A stretch of DNA of 64,000 nucleotides from Nitrososphaerota archaeon (GCA_011605725.1 JAAOZP010000014.1:1-64000), one strand, 5' to 3'; positions 20,578-30,556 are shown, counted from the stretch's first letter. Program-made: numbers and translations. The notes: generated from the sequence alone by a model not told the origin.

Positions 20578-20717
20578 CGTTCCCCTATTTCTAATCCAGT
20601 TTGCTTAATAAATCTAAAGTCAACGGGTGTGTGTAGAAGAACAGGGTTTACTTCTTTGAAACGCGGATTCCTGGTTTAAAAACACTTATAATGCTCATAC
20701 CGCGGAGGATAGTGTTA

Positions 20718-20894
20718 ATGACTGCCAAGAAGCTCCGTAAATGTCCACGGTGCAAGAGGTATATGCTTGAAGAAGTTTGTAAAAAATGCGGGACCAGTAC
20801 TCATAGTCCTCATCCCCCCAAATTCTCTCTTGAAGACCCCTTCCTAGAGTATAAGGCTAGGGCGCTGCTGGAAACCTTGCGAGTATCCGACTAG
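20718..20894 (+). CDS. nop10: H/ACA RNP protein Nop10
   Basis: CPRC..YML..CKKCG..HPPKFSLEDP. Confidence 0.9.
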   Translation: MTAKKLRKCPRCKRYMLEEVCKKCGTSTHSPHPPKFSLEDPFLEYKARALLETLRVSD

Positions 20895-20912
20895 TATGGT
20901 TGAATCCTCGGT

Positions 20913-21677
20913 TCACTCGAGTATTCTGAGGACTCCTCCCTCTCTGGCTGCGATTTCGCTGAGCCTCGCCGCAATCTCGTCTGACAGTTTCTTAATCTTC
21001 TTGGGCTCGCTGGAGGAGAGTGTTATGGAGTATCTTGGGGCAGCAACCACTTTAACCTCCACTGAAACATCTTTAGTCCCCATTTTCTCAATCTCTCCGA
21101 AAACAGTTTTCAACTTTTTTAAACCATGTTTATCTGTAAAGTATAGTCTCACCAGCATTTTCTTAACAGCCTTCTTTTTAATAAGCTCTCTCGCGGCAAG
21201 CTCGTATATCGCATCCCTAGCCTCACCGCTAATTTTCGTTCTGGCTAAAATGTTTTCACCCTCCATGATCGCTATTCTAAGAGCCTCAGTTAGGCTACCG
21301 TATTTCTCAACAAGTTTCTCCTTAGTATCTTCTAAAACTTCACTGGGTATTGAAAACCTTGCCATAACCTCGTTGAAAATCTCTTCAGCTTTTTTCTCCG
21401 CCCTCCATTTTCGCATAGCTGAACGCGCTTCCGCCTTGTTCAGCTGTTTCAGTGATACGAAGACTCTTTCACCGCTCCTACTTATTTTTATGACTTTCAC
21501 AGCAATCATTTGGCCAATCTTAAAATCCTGCAGAGTCCTTTCCTTAGGGATCTCTGAAACATGGAGGAAAATCTCTCTGTCTTTAACATCCTCGTTTTCA
21601 AGAAGCAGCCCGAAATCAGTTATTTCCTTAACCTTGCAGACAAGCAGATCCCCTGCTGAGACTGTTTCACCAGGCAT
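20913..21677 (-). CDS. Translation initiation factor aIF2 alpha
   Basis: S1 domain (LHVSE, VSLK) and APRY motif; conserved context. Confidence 0.85.
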   Translation of the reverse strand: MPGETVSAGDLLVCKVKEITDFGLLLENEDVKDREIFLHVSEIPKERTLQDFKIGQMIAVKVIKISRSGERVFVSLKQLNKAEARSAMRKWRAEKKAEEIFNEVMARFSIPSEVLEDTKEKLVEKYGSLTEALRIAIMEGENILARTKISGEARDAIYELAARELIKKKAVKKMLVRLYFTDKHGLKKLKTVFGEIEKMGTKDVSVEVKVVAAPRYSITLSSSEPKKIKKLSDEIAARLSEIAAREGGVLRILE

Positions 21678-21678
21678 T

Positions 21679-21867
21679 CTAGCTGTAAACCTCTATTATC
21701 TCCCCTAGAACCTTGCCCTTACCGCCTGTGCTTTTAACTATTGTTCTGCCGCAAACTCTGCATTTAACGTTTGAAGCAGGCCTTTCAAAAACTACTTGCT
21801 CATTCTCACACTGGCTACACTTGACTTTCAGAAAACGAGACCTCGGCTTAAACAGCAGTCTCTCCAT
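21679..21867 (-). CDS. rps27e: 30S ribosomal protein S27e
   Basis: PRSRFLKVKC..C..CRVCG..TGGK. Confidence 0.95.
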   Translation of the reverse strand: MERLLFKPRSRFLKVKCSQCENEQVVFERPASNVKCRVCGRTIVKSTGGKGKVLGEIIEVYS

Positions 21868-22146
21868 CTACCTAGCAACCTCCAACTTTTTAATCCGTAT
21901 CCCCTTCTTCTGGACAGTATAGCCACACTTAGAGCATTTCAGCTTTAAAGTCTGTTTTTTAGTAGTTTTAACAGGTTTCGCCAGAGGAGCCTTCTGCCCA
22001 CCGTAACCGTGTCTATCAACCCTTTCATGATGCCTTTCCCCAGCAGCCATCTTCCTCCTTCTACCTGTTTTAAGAAGGCTGACAGAGTGCTCCGTGTACT
22101 GGCGACACTTAGGGCAATACGTGTTTATCTTATCAGGGATCTTCAT
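21868..22146 (-). CDS. rpl44e: 50S ribosomal protein L44e
   Basis: TYCPKC, GYGGQ, KTTKK, CSKCG. Confidence 0.95.
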   Translation of the reverse strand: MKIPDKINTYCPKCRQYTEHSVSLLKTGRRRKMAAGERHHERVDRHGYGGQKAPLAKPVKTTKKQTLKLKCSKCGYTVQKKGIRIKKLEVAR

Positions 22147-22167
22147 GCGTGTGCGTGCTGGAGAGCC

Positions 22168-22758
22168 TTAAGTTATAAAGATTTCCTCTATTACCCCCTT
22201 CTCCTCCAGAAGCCTTGCCACATAATATGGTATGTTCACTAGACATCCGGCCCTGTAGGGCCCGTATTCTCTCCCGTCTTCCCCCACGAACCTTTCAATA
22301 TCCTTTAAAACTATTGCCAGAGTCTTCTTATCCCTGTTTTTAAACGGTTGGGAGACGAAAAGCCTGAGGTCGAATTCCTCGGGTGTTGCAGTCAGAAACT
22401 TTGAAAGACTGTTCAAATCCTGCTTCGCCATTTTCTCAAGGCTTTTAACGCTTAACAATAGGCTTTTTATCAAGCGTGTTTTAACAGCGTCTTCAAGGAT
22501 GCTTTTAACAGCATCATAATACCACTCTAACACGCCTCTCTTAATGGAAGTCTTATCGACAAGTTGAAGCTCACTCTTCACTAGCGACAGTAGCTCCATC
22601 AAAGACTCTATATCGGGACTCGGATAATACTGCTTCTCCCTGTTTGCCCTCCAGGATTCTACAAGTTTCTTTAAAAATACACTATCCTCCGGCATACTCC
22701 CCCAGTCCTTTGCATATGATGTATATGGCAGCGTAAACAGGCAGCTCAACCTCCTCAT
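22168..22758 (-). CDS. GINS subunit (Gins15/51-like)
   Basis: C-terminal FVGEDGREYGPY..G.LVNIP; lies between priS and rpl44e. Confidence 0.8.
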   Translation of the reverse strand: MRRLSCLFTLPYTSYAKDWGSMPEDSVFLKKLVESWRANREKQYYPSPDIESLMELLSLVKSELQLVDKTSIKRGVLEWYYDAVKSILEDAVKTRLIKSLLLSVKSLEKMAKQDLNSLSKFLTATPEEFDLRLFVSQPFKNRDKKTLAIVLKDIERFVGEDGREYGPYRAGCLVNIPYYVARLLEEKGVIEEIFIT

Positions 22759-23812
22759 CCTTAAAAGGCCCGAAGGTTCTTCCCCCTAGGCTGAACTTAG
22801 GCGCTATCTTCACTTTTAAACATGCTTCCTCATCTCCGAAAGCAATAGCTTCCTCCAAAGGTTTGAAGGAAGACAGGTCTTCAAGCCGGATCCTCCTCTT
22901 CACCATGCCACTGTTACTGTTAATACTTTCAGGCATCCTCATCAACCTGTGCACGTCGATAGTTACAACGGGGTCGATCCTCACCTTAAGCTCTTCAACA
23001 ACATCCTCAAGCATTTTTAAAACTGTTTCCCTCCTGCTCGCTTTAAGTTTCTCCACGGATCCTGCTTTTTCAAGAATCCTCATGTATACTCTTTTCTTAA
23101 CCCCCTTTAAGCTTATGTTTTCAATACTTACTCCCCTTCTTAAAATATTAAGGAGCTCTTTCTCATCCAACCCTTGAATCAGGAGGTAATCTATGATTTC
23201 TCTCCTACCCTCTCCAGTTATGTTTAGAAAATCTTCTTGATTTATATGTACATGATATCCCCTATTTCCACTGTAGAAAACATGCGTGTTATCAGGGGCT
23301 ATTCCCAAGTCTTCTATCAAAACATGGATAAGTTTTTCAGTCTCCCCCAGCGCTTCCCTCAGCTGTTTTTCACTAAGTAGTCTAACCAGTTCTGTAGGAG
23401 AACCACATGAGGGGCACCTCTCTTTCAACCCTATATCATACTGGCCGCATTTCTGGCAGATCCAGGCTGCCTCCTCGTCGCTAACTGCATTAACGGGCTC
23501 CACGTCTATGTCGAAGAAAAGTTCTGCGTTAACAAGTTTTTTCTCAGACATGTCTCTATTACCCGGGTCCTCATAGTTTGCGGCGGAAACATAAATGTCT
23601 AGAGGTATCTCGCTTAAAATAAACTCGTGAAAATCCCTTAGGCTGTTGAAACACTTGTGTCTAAACATTCCTTTCCCCTTCTCCAGGAAGAAGCCGAATT
23701 CCCTGTTTCTTATCGGCTCCGGCGGCACCAATCTATCAATATTCTCATAGTAATACTTGAAGAACTCTCTTTTAAGAAACTCTAGGCTTGTTTGCAGCAT
23801 TCTCCTCACCAT
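22682..23812 (-). CDS. priS: DNA primase small subunit
   Basis: REFGF, FFDID, YSGNRGYH, DVHRLMRMP; Zn-ribbon insert. Confidence 0.95.
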   Translation of the reverse strand: MVRRMLQTSLEFLKREFFKYYYENIDRLVPPEPIRNREFGFFLEKGKGMFRHKCFNSLRDFHEFILSEIPLDIYVSAANYEDPGNRDMSEKKLVNAELFFDIDVEPVNAVSDEEAAWICQKCGQYDIGLKERCPSCGSPTELVRLLSEKQLREALGETEKLIHVLIEDLGIAPDNTHVFYSGNRGYHVHINQEDFLNITGEGRREIIDYLLIQGLDEKELLNILRRGVSIENISLKGVKKRVYMRILEKAGSVEKLKASRRETVLKMLEDVVEELKVRIDPVVTIDVHRLMRMPESINSNSGMVKRRIRLEDLSSFKPLEEAIAFGDEEACLKVKIAPKFSLGGRTFGPFKDEEVELPVYAAIYIICKGLGEYAGG

Positions 23813-24800
23813 ACCTTAAAGGATGCTTAATTCCCTTACAGTATTCATCGGGGTAGCAGAGCCCATTAGTAAGCATTGTTCTGCAGCTGGGTACAGAGTA
23901 CTTTTTGCCCCCTCCCCGGAGACCGGCTAAGTGTTCAACCTGGTATTTAGTAACACTATACTTGTAATCAGGCTGTTTCGAGAAGAATTCAATTATCTCG
24001 TCAATACTCCTGTTCCTGGCGATCATGAAAGTCGCCACAACTAGCCTTTCAAAATGCGAAGCGTTCTCACCGTTCTCCATCTTCTTAATTATCCTGTCGA
24101 TGCATGGAGGCGTGTCTCCTCTTTCTCTTAAAGATATGTGGCTAGGCTTAGCTGCTTCAAGCTTACTCCATACTTCAACAATTTTACCAACAGCCCTCCT
24201 GAAGCTATCGGGCGCAGCTCCCATCGGAACAGGCTCAAGAGTCTTTTCATAAACATAATTGTTGATCTCGACTTGAACAAGCCTCGCATACTCGTTTCTA
24301 CCCATCAATACATACCCGTTGCTTACAGCCCTGTTCACCAGTTTCCAGTGGGGTGCGTGAAAAGAGTATGCAAGCTTCAAATAAGTCGGTATCTTCACCC
24401 TTATCATGCTTTCATCATCCAAAACACCTTCCACCCCCATTTTTTCCCCAATGTAGAGCAATGTTTCGTCACTCTCGTTCAGCATCCTCCTGTAGGCGCC
24501 CCTGCTTTCTCCAAGAGCATACATCCTCCTAACATACTCGTTCATAGTCATTGAAACAAGTATGACCGCTATGGGGAAGGACAGTATTTCCCTCACGTAG
24601 TTCAGCTCATCGAGCACAGTTACCTTAACCTCCTTGAAAATAAGCGCGTTTTCAACCCTTTCAACAGCTCTTTTCAAGGCTGCTTCAGAACCTGTTTTCT
24701 CTAGGCTTTCCAACGTCAGGTCGATGTTTCTAGATATGAATTCCCTAGCCTCAGGTAGAAACGGGTATCTCGCAGCCCTAAGGACGTTCTCACTCGTCAT
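23772..24800 (-). CDS. priL: DNA primase large subunit
   Basis: RYPFL, WKLVNR, PPC, YQVEHL, PSC..C..C Fe-S ligands. Confidence 0.95.
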   Translation of the reverse strand: MTSENVLRAARYPFLPEAREFISRNIDLTLESLEKTGSEAALKRAVERVENALIFKEVKVTVLDELNYVREILSFPIAVILVSMTMNEYVRRMYALGESRGAYRRMLNESDETLLYIGEKMGVEGVLDDESMIRVKIPTYLKLAYSFHAPHWKLVNRAVSNGYVLMGRNEYARLVQVEINNYVYEKTLEPVPMGAAPDSFRRAVGKIVEVWSKLEAAKPSHISLRERGDTPPCIDRIIKKMENGENASHFERLVVATFMIARNRSIDEIIEFFSKQPDYKYSVTKYQVEHLAGLRGGGKKYSVPSCRTMLTNGLCYPDEYCKGIKHPLRYGEENAANKPRVS

Positions 24801-24908
24801 TTTTCAAAGCCTTCTCCTATATGTGTTTGCAATCGAAACTTTATTAACATTCAGGAGTCTTTCAAAGCAAGCTATATAAGGAGTCGCCTAAGACTATAAT
24901 GAACAGTC

Positions 24909-25679
24909 ATGTCGTCTCAAAACGTCCTTGCAAGGCTCGTAATAAATGATGCTAGGATTATTCGTAAGGCTCTTAAAGCAACAGCCTCTCTAATAGATGA
25001 GGCGCCGGTTAAAATAAGTGAGGAAGGCCTCTCCATAAGAGCCCTTGACCTGGCGGAGGTTTCTATGATCGACCTAGTGCTTTCGAAAGAGGCTTTCGAA
25101 ACATTCGAGTTCAAAAAACCCCTTAAGGCGAATATTCGTTTAAGCGACGTGCTGAATCTTCTCAAGTTTGAATCTAAATCTGAAAGACTGGAGATGTCTT
25201 TTACAGAGGACAGGGTGAGCTTTAAAGTTAGCAACGATTTCACACGAATCTTTACAATCCCTGTTTTCTTCTCAGAGGATAAGGATCTTCCTCTTCCGAA
25301 AGTTTCTCTTGGAAACTCTTTCGAGACGAAGGTTTCAACCATAAAACATCTGCTTGACAGTGGGAAACATATTTCAGACTATGTTTCCATAAGCGTGGAG
25401 AACAATGCTGTCGTGCTCTCCGCGAAGGGGGAAATCTCAGAATACCAGGTTCTCCTTAAGGCTGAAGAGGGGAATCTCGTAAACCCGGTTTTAAAAGAGG
25501 GTTCGAAAGCTTCTTATGATCTTAAAAGGCTTAGTAGCATAGTTTCTTCCCTGCTTTTCAGCGAAAACATGAGGCTTGAGTTCGACACGGATCTTCCCAT
25601 GAAGATAACTCAGAGCATCGAAGACGCTCCAAACAGCATAGTAACCTTCTTTATTGCACCCAGAATGGAGAAGGCCTAA
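24909..25679 (+). CDS. pcn: PCNA sliding clamp
   Basis: RALD..VSMIDL, DLPLP, FFIAPR. Confidence 0.95.
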   Translation: MSSQNVLARLVINDARIIRKALKATASLIDEAPVKISEEGLSIRALDLAEVSMIDLVLSKEAFETFEFKKPLKANIRLSDVLNLLKFESKSERLEMSFTEDRVSFKVSNDFTRIFTIPVFFSEDKDLPLPKVSLGNSFETKVSTIKHLLDSGKHISDYVSISVENNAVVLSAKGEISEYQVLLKAEEGNLVNPVLKEGSKASYDLKRLSSIVSSLLFSENMRLEFDTDLPMKITQSIEDAPNSIVTFFIAPRMEKA

Positions 25680-25689
25680 TACTTTTTAT

Positions 25690-26019
25690 TCAAGAATACT
25701 CTCTCCAAGTATATCCGCATTTAGTGCATTTAAAGAACTGGGTTGCGCTCTCGTCGGCGCCCCTAGTCTGTGTAATCCACCAGTAGGCCTCCTTATTCTT
25801 ACACTTTGGACAGACAACACTAGTAATCGGCAGCGGATTAAGATCCGTAGTCTTCCTGACGACTTTCACAGCACCGTCTCTCCGAACCGTCTCCACGCTT
25901 CTCTCAACAACGTGTGCACGCTCCTCGTAGCCGCATTTAGGGCAGGAATACAGGAGACTGTTCTCGCCTCTTTTTATCTGTAGCTTAGTGCCACATTTTG
26001 GACAGAACCTTATCTGCAT
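25690..26019 (-). CDS. tfs: Transcription factor S
   Basis: Two Zn ribbons; QTRGADE. Confidence 0.95.
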   Translation of the reverse strand: MQIRFCPKCGTKLQIKRGENSLLYSCPKCGYEERAHVVERSVETVRRDGAVKVVRKTTDLNPLPITSVVCPKCKNKEAYWWITQTRGADESATQFFKCTKCGYTWREYS

Positions 26020-26069
26020 AGGGGTTCTTATTGGAAGAACAGCCTTATTATAAATGTTTCTGATACGCT

Positions 26070-26354
26070 TTAAGCTAGGTCTTCAACAGCCTTATCGAGT
26101 TTTTCCCTCAGCAGCTCCAGGTCTTTAATCAAGACCCTGACTGTTTCTAAAAGAAGCTTCTTAGCGTCTCCTCCTCCTGCATTTATGTAGAGCGTAGCCT
26201 CCTGCTTGAGAGGATGCTCAACCCTGTAGGCAGAATATCCTTCAACCAGCTTCGTGTTTAAATAGCTCGTTAAAAGATTCAGCACAGTATGGGTCTCTCC
26301 ATATACCTCGAGCACTATGCTGCCTCTACCGGTTTCTTTATAAACTATTCTCAT
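26070..26354 (-). CDS. rpoL: RNA polymerase subunit L (Rpo11)
   Basis: GETHT..NLL, AYRVEHPL. Confidence 0.9.
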   Translation of the reverse strand: MRIVYKETGRGSIVLEVYGETHTVLNLLTSYLNTKLVEGYSAYRVEHPLKQEATLYINAGGGDAKKLLLETVRVLIKDLELLREKLDKAVEDLA

Positions 26355-26944
26355 ACTCTAGCCACCAGCTTTTCAACCGGCTCGTCGTAAAAAACGCTAA
26401 GCTTTCTGTTCTCCCTTGTCTTGCAAGAAGGACAGGTCAAGTATTTCTTAAAAAGCACCAGGGGGCTCCCGCAATTACTGCAGTACGCCTTAACCACGCC
26501 GTACTCTTTAGCCGACAGGTCTAGCAGATTCACGTTAACCGTTGACATTATTTCACCGTAAACAATATCGTTCTCCCTAACATAATTCCTCAGGCTCCCA
26601 GTTCTGAAGCGTGGGTAGCTTCTTCCAAAACTCTCCTTACCTATAAGCCCAGAATACTCGTAGCTCAGTCTATTCCCGTTCATGTAGAATATTTTAACGC
26701 TAGCATAGTGGCTTGAAAAACCTGTAACACTCCCGATGATTTTGAAACCAGGCTTAGGCGCGAGGAGAGGCTTAAGTTCAACAACCTCAAGCGCCCGCCT
26801 GTTTTTGTCAACACTAATCTTCCCAACCCTGGTTGAATATATTACTCCGTCCTTCTCAAAAGTCCCGTCTCCAGGAAAAAACTCCTCCACGGTTGCAAGA
26901 GGCTCTCCGACGAGGACAAGCCTACTATGACTCTCCTTCATCAA
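26351..26944 (-). CDS. csl4: Exosome subunit Csl4
   Basis: EEFFPGDGT, S1 domain, YGVV.A.CSNC..CPSC..E.RKLS. Confidence 0.9.
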   Translation of the reverse strand: MMKESHSRLVLVGEPLATVEEFFPGDGTFEKDGVIYSTRVGKISVDKNRRALEVVELKPLLAPKPGFKIIGSVTGFSSHYASVKIFYMNGNRLSYEYSGLIGKESFGRSYPRFRTGSLRNYVRENDIVYGEIMSTVNVNLLDLSAKEYGVVKAYCSNCGSPLVLFKKYLTCPSCKTRENRKLSVFYDEPVEKLVARV

Positions 26945-27425
26945 CCTCTCCTCCTTTCTTCACAACCTCTTTTTCAATAAAAGTTTCAACAGGAAGTTTA
27001 GAGGAGGCTGTTTTAAGGCTTTTCTTAACAGTGTTTTCATGTTGAAGGCTTGTGAAAACCTCCATAACAGGTTCCCCCGCCTCTATCTTCGCGGCCAGCG
27101 TAGTAGGCTTCCCGTAAGCCTTCTTCATACCCTTGCTCAGCCTATCTGCACCAGCCATAGTAAGCATCTTGTGCTCTCTTAAAACAATATGAGGATACGG
27201 TATTAGTCTTAGAACGTAACCGGTTTCACCCAGTTCTGCCTCAAGAATCTTGTTGGCGGCGACACGGGCTGCTTCAAGAGCCTCCTGCTTTATTAAAGAC
27301 GGCTTCTTAACCCTAAGCCTAAAGACGGCTTCAAAATCTTCAGCCCTACCCAGTTTAAACTTGCTAACCCTAACCTGGGGTATTCTAGATATGTATTCCT
27401 TCCTAGTGTAAGGCATCTGCTTCAA
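26925..27425 (-). CDS. rpl10e: 50S ribosomal protein L16/L10e
   Basis: YTRKEY, LEAARVAAN, AGADRLS.GM..AYGKP. Confidence 0.95.
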   Translation of the reverse strand: MKQMPYTRKEYISRIPQVRVSKFKLGRAEDFEAVFRLRVKKPSLIKQEALEAARVAANKILEAELGETGYVLRLIPYPHIVLREHKMLTMAGADRLSKGMKKAYGKPTTLAAKIEAGEPVMEVFTSLQHENTVKKSLKTASSKLPVETFIEKEVVKKGGEVDEGES

Positions 27426-27508
27426 CTTTTCTCTAACCTTCCGTCTGTCTTCCGGCAGGCCGGTTTAAAAAGCTTCTCCCTGTAGAAGAAGATAAAAAGC
27501 AGCTACGG

Positions 27509-28267
27509 GTGAAGCATCCAGTCTTGGAGATAAGCGAGAAATATTACATCGTGCTGGTTGGGCCAAAATACCCGGTAAACGTGGGCCTTATTGCAAGGAC
27601 GATGATGAACTTCTCCTTCAGAAGACTGGTTTTAGTCTCTCCTGGAAAAGAGGTTTTGGACTCTTCGAAGCTTTACGCTGCTCATGGTGCAGCAATCATT
27701 GAAAACCAGCTGGTTTACAGGGATCTCTCACAGGCATTGCGGGAGTTGAAGCCTTCAATAGCCGTCGGAACCTCCGGCAGGAAAGCGTCTGAAAGCATTC
27801 TACGCCAGTATGTTTCTCCTAAAGAGATGGTTGAGCTCTGCAGACCCTTAGAGGGGAAAATATTCCTAGTGTTCGGCAGGGAGGACATTGGGCTTAAGAA
27901 CGAGGAGCTCTCCCAGCTAGACTATGTTGTTCACATACCTGCCTCCAGCGAGTACAGCGTGATGAACCTAGCCGTCTCCGCATCCATCCTCATGTACGAG
28001 ATTTTTTCAGACTCGGAGGAGAAACGGTTTAAAAAACTCCGAAGACCAGCCAGTAAAGAGATTATTGACAGGATATTTTACGAGTCTGAAAAGATATTCT
28101 CCATTCTAAGCCTGCCAGAGGTTAAGAAAAACGTTGCACTAAGGTCTTTGAAGAACATTATTGGCCGATCGGCCCCGTCAACAAGGGAAGCCGGAAGCCT
28201 ACTCTGGTTTCTCAGGAAGACCAGGCTGGGGATAGAGGCTTTGATGAAAAAGCAGCAGGAGGGATAG
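27509..28267 (+). CDS. trmJ: TrmJ-family SPOUT tRNA methyltransferase
   Basis: NVGLIARTM.NF, VFGRED.GL, Y.VMNLA. Confidence 0.9.
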   Translation: MKHPVLEISEKYYIVLVGPKYPVNVGLIARTMMNFSFRRLVLVSPGKEVLDSSKLYAAHGAAIIENQLVYRDLSQALRELKPSIAVGTSGRKASESILRQYVSPKEMVELCRPLEGKIFLVFGREDIGLKNEELSQLDYVVHIPASSEYSVMNLAVSASILMYEIFSDSEEKRFKKLRRPASKEIIDRIFYESEKIFSILSLPEVKKNVALRSLKNIIGRSAPSTREAGSLLWFLRKTRLGIEALMKKQQEG

Positions 28268-28366
28268 CTTTTAAACTGTTGTAGCAGCATTATCCTGCTG
28301 TTTAGAAGAGAATGGTGACCGTAATATATATTACCGCATACTATATTATCCAAAATAGCGCGCGCT

Positions 28367-28771
28367 GTGGTTAGAAGCGTGAACCGAATGGGGATAATCG
28401 ACTGGATGTGGATTAGAATTCCCTTCGTATTGCCTGCTTCAATATTATTTCTAGTGCCTGCCATGATTCTTTTCCTGCTTTACGTTTCCAGTCCCCAGTA
28501 CCAGACCGCTGTGCATATGGTGAGTTTTGCCCAGTGGCTGTTTCTCACCTTGGCCTATGTCCTTGGAAGCATGGCGGAGCGGCGGCCAAGCAACAGGGTT
28601 CCCAGGCTGCTTGCCATTGCATCCAGCCTAGTGTCGCTGCTCCTCTTCGCCCTATGGTTTGCCTTAACGCTTAAACCACTCTACATAGTCCACTTCCTCC
28701 AATACGGGTGGCAGTTCCACTTCATACCCTGCATAATTTACAACCTGACCAGGATCGGGTCCCCGGGATAA
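28367..28771 (+). CDS. Small hypothetical membrane protein (accessory cassette)
   Basis: 3-4 hydrophobic segments; bracketed by GCGCGC motifs. Confidence 0.5.
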   Translation: MVRSVNRMGIIDWMWIRIPFVLPASILFLVPAMILFLLYVSSPQYQTAVHMVSFAQWLFLTLAYVLGSMAERRPSNRVPRLLAIASSLVSLLLFALWFALTLKPLYIVHFLQYGWQFHFIPCIIYNLTRIGSPG

Positions 28772-28856
28772 GACCATAATCCTGGTGTTTTTAGCGCGCC
28801 GTGCTCGCCGGCGGCTAGGTTTTTAAGCCTACGACAACCGTTTCCCTTGTAGGGGA

Positions 28857-29966
28857 ATGGTTACTAATCTTCCGCCGCAGGCAGAAGCCCAGTACAAGAA
28901 GGTTGTTGCCTCCAGGAGCAAGGAGGAGAAGCTTGAGAACCTAAGGATATTCCTATCCATGATTCCTGAGCACAAGGGCACTGAGAAGCTTAGGGCCCAG
29001 GTTAAACGGCAAATATCCAGGCTTCAGGAAGAGATTATTACTGAGAAAAAGAAGCGTAGCACCAGGGCGGTGACGTTTGAAAAAGGCGATACAAGCGTAT
29101 TGACAGCAATACTGTCTGAGGATAAAAAACTACTCTATGAGTTTCTAGCCTGCATGAAACTTTTCGACGAAAACCTTATTCTTGAGTCTCTGAACGAGCT
29201 TAAACCTTTGAGCACTGGTTTCGAAGATATTGTCTTGAGCTTCATACCTCTATCCCCGTCCATGGTGGGCAGGCAGAAGTATTCGCTTATTCAGACAATA
29301 CTCTTAAAATCGGATTTAATAATAGTGCTCTTGAGCATTGAGAATCTTTATGAAGAGTTTAACCTGGTTAAAGAAATGCTTAGAAAATTCGGTATCTATG
29401 TTGCTTCGAAAAAATCCGTGGCAATCTTTAAAAGCTTGGCAACAGGCGGGGTAACGGTGTTGAACAGGTCGCGGTTCTTGTCTGAGGAGGAAGTTAAAAG
29501 TTTTATGAAGGAGAAGGGTGTGGAAAGCGGGATTATACAGCTGTCTGAATACACATCTCTCTACACGCTTGAAGGCTCAGTAAAGGGTTTGCAGAGGAAA
29601 AACTTTCTAATAATAGTGGAAAACCATGAGGGTGAATTACCTGCTGATCAATTATGCATTCCAAAGGATTCTATAGTCAGCTTACGGACGTTTCTGAAAA
29701 ACGATGTTTTAAAAACGGTTTTCAAGGCCTCGGGCCTCATCCGAGTATATTTGAAGCCTCCTTCTGCTGTTTCACCCTCCAGCAGGCCATTGCTCGTGGA
29801 TGAGGAAACTACTGTTCAGGAGCTTGCTTTAAAAATCCATAAGGATCTTTCTGAAAACCTGAAGTATGCTAGATTATGGAGAGGCGGCTTCTCGTCTAAG
29901 CCGTTGAGAGTAGGCTCCTCCTTCAAGCTTATGGACGGGGATGTGATTGAGCTACGGACGAGATAG
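28857..29966 (+). CDS. DRG/OBG-related TGS-domain protein with degenerate GTPase motifs
   Basis: TNLPP..PEHKGTEKLR N-terminus and IH..L..ARLW..DGDVIE TGS domain; no GxxxxGKS. Confidence 0.8.
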   Translation: MVTNLPPQAEAQYKKVVASRSKEEKLENLRIFLSMIPEHKGTEKLRAQVKRQISRLQEEIITEKKKRSTRAVTFEKGDTSVLTAILSEDKKLLYEFLACMKLFDENLILESLNELKPLSTGFEDIVLSFIPLSPSMVGRQKYSLIQTILLKSDLIIVLLSIENLYEEFNLVKEMLRKFGIYVASKKSVAIFKSLATGGVTVLNRSRFLSEEEVKSFMKEKGVESGIIQLSEYTSLYTLEGSVKGLQRKNFLIIVENHEGELPADQLCIPKDSIVSLRTFLKNDVLKTVFKASGLIRVYLKPPSAVSPSSRPLLVDEETTVQELALKIHKDLSENLKYARLWRGGFSSKPLRVGSSFKLMDGDVIELRTR

Positions 29967-29989
29967 TTGTTAACGGCTTAAGAATTAAA

Positions 29990-30556
29990 GTGTACCGTGG
30001 AGTATATCCTCCTTCAGAGGACTCCTATATGGTTCTCGATGCAGTCGAAAACGTCAATGCCAAGAGGATTCTGGAAATAGGCTGCGGGAGCGGAATAGTT
30101 TCACTGGTTCTTGCACGCAGAAACGTTGAGGTGGTTGCGGTAGATGTTGCTATGGAGGCATGTAAAAACACTTTAGACAATTTCAAGAGGAACAGGCTTC
30201 AGGGAGTAGTTCACGTCGTGAACGGATACCTTGCAACAGCGTTCAGAGACAACCTGGTGTTCGACGTTGTGGTGAGCAATCCCCCCTATCTTCCGGTTGA
30301 CCAGTCTCCCGTCGAAGATTTATCGTGGGCCGCTGGGAAAGACGCATCCTTCTCGAAAAAGCTTTTGAAAAACGTGCTTCCCTTACTGTCTGATACTGGT
30401 GTACTGTTTCTGGTGCAGTCGAGCCTTTCAGACGTAGACGGTTTGAAGAGGACTCTTGAGGAGAAAGGCTTCCTTGTTGAAGAAGCTTCTTTCAGAAGCT
30501 TCTTTTTCGAAAAGATTATCCTGTTCAAAATATACAGGAAGCATTCTAGTCTCTAG
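29990..30556 (+). CDS. HemK2/PrmC-like methyltransferase
   Basis: VYPPSEDS, EIGCGSG, NPPY. Confidence 0.9.
   Translation: MYRGVYPPSEDSYMVLDAVENVNAKRILEIGCGSGIVSLVLARRNVEVVAVDVAMEACKNTLDNFKRNRLQGVVHVVNGYLATAFRDNLVFDVVVSNPPYLPVDQSPVEDLSWAAGKDASFSKKLLKNVLPLLSDTGVLFLVQSSLSDVDGLKRTLEEKGFLVEEASFRSFFFEKIILFKIYRKHSSL

Noticed and set aside
20896-21708. Long antisense ORFs (also 57935-58531, 44809-45342 and others)
   Set aside because: They mirror well-supported genes on the other strand and carry no motifs.
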